In this document: one piece after another, positions 52,701-56,285 of the stretch
How positions within the stretch are numbered: position 1 is the stretch's first letter
Layout: each line of letters begins with the position of its first letter
DNA from: Octopus sinensis
Lineage: Eukaryota
Reading direction: 5' to 3'
Assembly (NCBI RefSeq): GCF_006345805.1
Contig: NW_021833659.1
Location: 1 to 56,285 of the forward strand
DNA: 56,285 bases
Made by a program: the position numbers and the translations under genes
The notes under the pieces: generated by a model
Told to the model about the DNA's origin: nothing
The model's input: the letters and a program-made list of their open reading frames with translations, nothing else
Databases searched by the model: none

Positions 52701-53142
52701 GTTTCATTGCCACTTTTTTAATAAGGTCTTTAAACTTTAATAGTTGTTCCTTGGACACCTCCAACTCACAAAAATTACCACCAACAGCAGCAGAGAAACT
52801 GGGTTTTTCCTTTTCTTCCTGATAACAAACTTGGTTATTTTCTTTCATTGTGTACAAAAAGTCAATGTTCAAAAATAGATTTAATTCCATTTTTACAAAT
52901 GGCCTCCAACTTCTAGAAAAAAGTGTAAATATTTTTTGTCAAAATCAATTTTTTTACCCCGCAACAAGTTGTGCAAAAACAATTTTCTGCCCCGTAGGGT
53001 GTAAATTTTTGTCAAAACAATGACAATAGTTCAATTCCAACAAGAGCTCAAACGTTACAATTTCAACTGATAAATCAATAACAACAAAAATACATTAACT
53101 ATATTAACTCACAAAGCAACAGCAGCTGAATGCAGAAGAGTC
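49731..53142 (-). mobile_element. L1/Tx1-clade LINE, decayed and internally deleted
   Basis: ORF1 fragments at 52394-52890; ORF2 NFRPITLLNVELKIL, LDQSKAFDRVDH, SPLLYVL, AYADDVT and CLRC...ETILH; poly(A) at 49732-49738; candidate TSD acaaccac at 49721-49728 and 53143-53150. Confidence 0.88.
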
Positions 53143-53262
53143 ACAACCACTGGTTGGCGATGGGAAGTGGTTCTCAATGCAAATATATATATATATATAC
53201 TTTTTCCAGTGATGAAAAGTCAGTGATCTCGAAAAAGTGGAAACAAGCAATAATAAATCTCT

Positions 53263-53655
53263 GAGCAAGGTATAAACAGTAGCTGCATGACATCATGAAG
53301 TATATTTGCCACCTAAATGTGGCTAACCCTTAAGGGTTGATGCTACTGTAAGCTTGTAGCCAACCAATCAGCGTGTGACAACCACTGGTTGATGACGGGT
53401 CAATACCCAGAAACTCAGGTCCATGTGTATTGTAGAAAATAACATAATTTCACGTCAGGCTGGAGATGGGAAAGATGACATCCCTTTGCAAATACTAATA
53501 GGGCACAGAAAGTGTATCAATAGCCGGCTGGAGATGTCTTCCTGGGGCTACAAGCTACAGTAACATGAACCCTTAAGGGTTAGCCACATTTAAGTGGCAA
53601 ATATACTTCACGATGTCATGCAGCTACTGTTTATACCTTGCTCAGAGATTTAATA
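53263..53655. repeat. Head-to-head inverted duplication of the 49505-49730 repeat
   Basis: 53263-53360 versus 53545-53655 are inverted; centre caaccactggttg; damaged hammerhead (TTGATGA) at ~53389-53425. Confidence 0.8.
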
Positions 53656-53972
53656 TATTTATATTGTCAAGTAATATTTTACAAGTTATGGCATATAACT
53701 GGTGAGAATGCTACTGTCTGTTTCATGCCAAATGGTCATGAACAATATTGACAACTCTTCACACATGCTTGCTGCATGCACTTCTAACCAGCATATTTTG
53801 AACAGCCATCAATATTGACTAGTGGCAATATTTAATGCAAAACCAATAGAAGCACTCTGACCAGTTATATGCCATAACCAACAATATATTGCTTGATGAT
53901 ATAATAATACACCGGCAATATTGAGTATGCTTTAATTTCAGTCTTATGAGTAACTGACTGATTTTATATATA

Positions 53973-56285
53973 TCATCATCGTTTAACGTCCGTTTTCTAT
54001 GCTAGCATGGGTTGGACGGTTCAACTGGGGTCTGGGAAGCCAGAAGGCTGCGCCAGGTCCAGTCTGATCTGGCTGTGTTTCTACGGCTGGATGCTCTTCA
54101 TAACGCCAACCACTCCGTGAGTGTAGTGGGTGCTTTTTACGTGCCACCTGCATAGGTGCAAGACGAGGCTGGCAAATGGCCCTGATCGGATGGTGCTTTT
54201 TACATGCCACCGGCACGGAGGCCAGACGAAGCTGGCAACGGCCATAATTGGATGGTGCATTTCACGTGCCACAGGCACGGAAGGCAGTCGGGGAGGCGCT
54301 GGCAACGGCCACATTCGGATGGTTATCTTACGTGCCACCAGCACTGGTATCACAGCTACAATTTCCATTGATGTTGATCGATTTTGATTTTGATTTTCAT
54401 TTCATTTTCACTTCCCTCAACAGGTCTTCACAAGTAGGGTTTGTGTCACAAGAAGTAAAGTGGGCTGGCTACGTCCCAGGTAGAGGCCACGGGTTATGGT
54501 CTCACTTGTCCTGCTGGGTCTTCCCACTCACAGCATACTTCCAAAGGTCTCGGTCTCTGGTCATTTCCTCGGTGAGACCTAATGTTCGAAGGTCGTGTTT
54601 CACCACCTTGTCCCAGGTTTTCCTGGGTCTACCTCTACCACAGGTTCCCTCAACCGCTAGGGTGTGGTACTTTTTCACACAACTATCTTCAACCATTCTC
54701 GCTACATGACCATACCAGCGCAAACGTCTCTCTTGCACACCACAACTAATGCTTCTTAGGTACTCACACTCTGTCAAGTATGAACACTGACATTACACAT
54801 CCATCGGAGCATACTGGCTTCATTTCTTGTGAGCTTATGCATGTCCTCAGCAGTCACGGGCCAAGTTTCACTGCCATGTAGCATGGCTGTTCGTACACAT
54901 GCGTCATACAGTCTGCCTTTTATTCTGAGCGAGAGGCCTTTTGTCACCAGCAGAGGTAAGAGCTCTCTGAACTTTGCCCAGGTTATTCTTACTCTAGCAG
55001 TTACACTTTCATCACACCCGCCCCTGCTACTGACTTGGTCACCTAGGTAATGGAAGCTATCAACAGTTTCTAGTTTTTCTCCCTGGAATGTGGCGGAAGA
55101 TGGTCTCTGAGCATTTTCAGTGTTTATTGCTCCCAAGCATCTGCCACATACAAAAACTATCTTCCCAGTTAGCCTTCCTTTGACATTGCTGCACCTCTTA
55201 TGTGTCCATAGCTTACACTGGGTACATCTTATAGAGTTTCTACATACACCCCTACTACAGATCGAGCAGGGCCATCTACCTGAAGGCGTTTGTGATTTGC
55301 CTGCCTTCCTACATATTATGACTTTGGTTTTAGCTAGGTTGATTTTCAGGCCCTTTGATTCTAATCCTTGTCTCCACACTTGAAACTTTGCCTCTAGTTC
55401 TGATAGTGACTCAACAATTAGAGCAAGGTCATCAGCATATAGGACCTCTCAGGGGCATCCTGTCTTGAATTCCTCCGTTATTGCCTGGAGGACTATGATA
55501 AATAGGAGGGGGCTGAGGACTGAACCTTGGTGGACCCCTACCTCTACCTGCTTTTCCATGGCCCGAAACCAAACTGCATCTCATCCAAGCTGACTCTCTC
55601 CGTAACCTTTATTACCTGATCCAAAAGCTTGATACCTCTGTAATTATTTGTATCTAAAGCGTCACCTTTACCTTTGTATCAGTTGACTATTATGCTGCTA
55701 CACCAGTCATTGGGTATGACTCCTTCGTGTATCACCTGATTAACTATACGGTGACTAGGCTATAGCCGACACTACCAGATATTTTAAGCATCTCTGCAGT
55801 AATTCCTAATGGGCCTGGGGCTTTCCCTGTCTTCATGCTTCTAATTGCCTTAACTACTAAGGAACTGCCAACTCGGATAGCTGGTCCCTCTGTTGGGTTG
55901 ACATTCGGCAGACTCTCTTTATCCCATTCATTTTCCTTATTTAGCAGCCTCTCATAATGGTGTCTCCATACCTCTCTCTTTGCATCCTCATTCAGCGCAA
56001 GTGAGTCATCATCCATGTGAACACATTTCTCTCCTACCACATCACGATTCTCTCTCACACACTGTCTTGCAACACGGAATACCTCAAGTTTTTGGTCTTC
56101 ACAGCGCAAAACATTGGCAAATTTTTCTTATCTGCTCTGGCTAAATAAACCTGTCTCCTAGCTTCTCTTTTGGCAGTCTGATACAATTCCCTGCTACCCT
56201 CATTCTTCCATTCCTTCCAAGCCTGTCTCTTTTCTCTAATAGCCCTGTCTACAACATTGTTCCACCACAACAACTTTTTTTGGGT
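53973..56285 (-). mobile_element. RTE LINE copy 3 (related subfamily), internally deleted, runs off the window
   Basis: Same RT and PHD finger; deletion at ~55550 joins the MQFGF region to VEVGVHQG; 4 diverged array units at 54125-54345; (ATG)n tail next to TA repeats. Confidence 0.93.

Noticed and set aside
53200-53245. Hammerhead-like tttcca-GTGATGA...GAAA...tggaaa
   Set aside because: C3 is substituted and there is no proper stem II, stem III or NUH triplet.
49505-53610. Composite transposon made of inverted ~200-bp repeats flanking the L1
   Set aside because: There is an extra direct partial copy at 53263-53385 and no outer TSD. Separate Penelope-like repeats plus a LINE insertion explain it better.

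Overview
AT-rich, repeat-dense animal nuclear DNA. The SINE families, RTE LINEs and (TA)n/(TACA)n microsatellites point to an octopod cephalopod; this is an inference, not a database match. The only host gene I can support is the 5' end of an otubain/OTUB1-like deubiquitinase on the minus strand: two micro-exons at 7276-7309 and 5102-5154, with the rest of the gene left of the window. The remainder is mobile DNA: three young RTE LINE copies whose RT contains a PHD-type finger and whose 3' UTR holds a copy-number-variable ~61-bp array; older RTE remnants; tRNA-derived SINEs; Helitrons; a Penelope-type GIY-YIG ORF; a decayed Gypsy element; a mariner; a CRE-like RLE retroposon tail; an internally deleted L1/Tx1; and many foldback MITEs. 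The most striking feature is a ~99%-identical 494-bp tandem array (40931-42525) in which every full monomer carries a type I hammerhead ribozyme motif. This looks like a retrozyme or Penelope pLTR array able to release 494-nt (possibly circular) RNAs. It sits inside a TIR element that is itself nested in a Merlin-like element inside a SINE. Further hammerhead motifs occur at 20237-20326, 23742-23814 and 49676-49720. All calls come from reading the sequence by eye; no searches were run.
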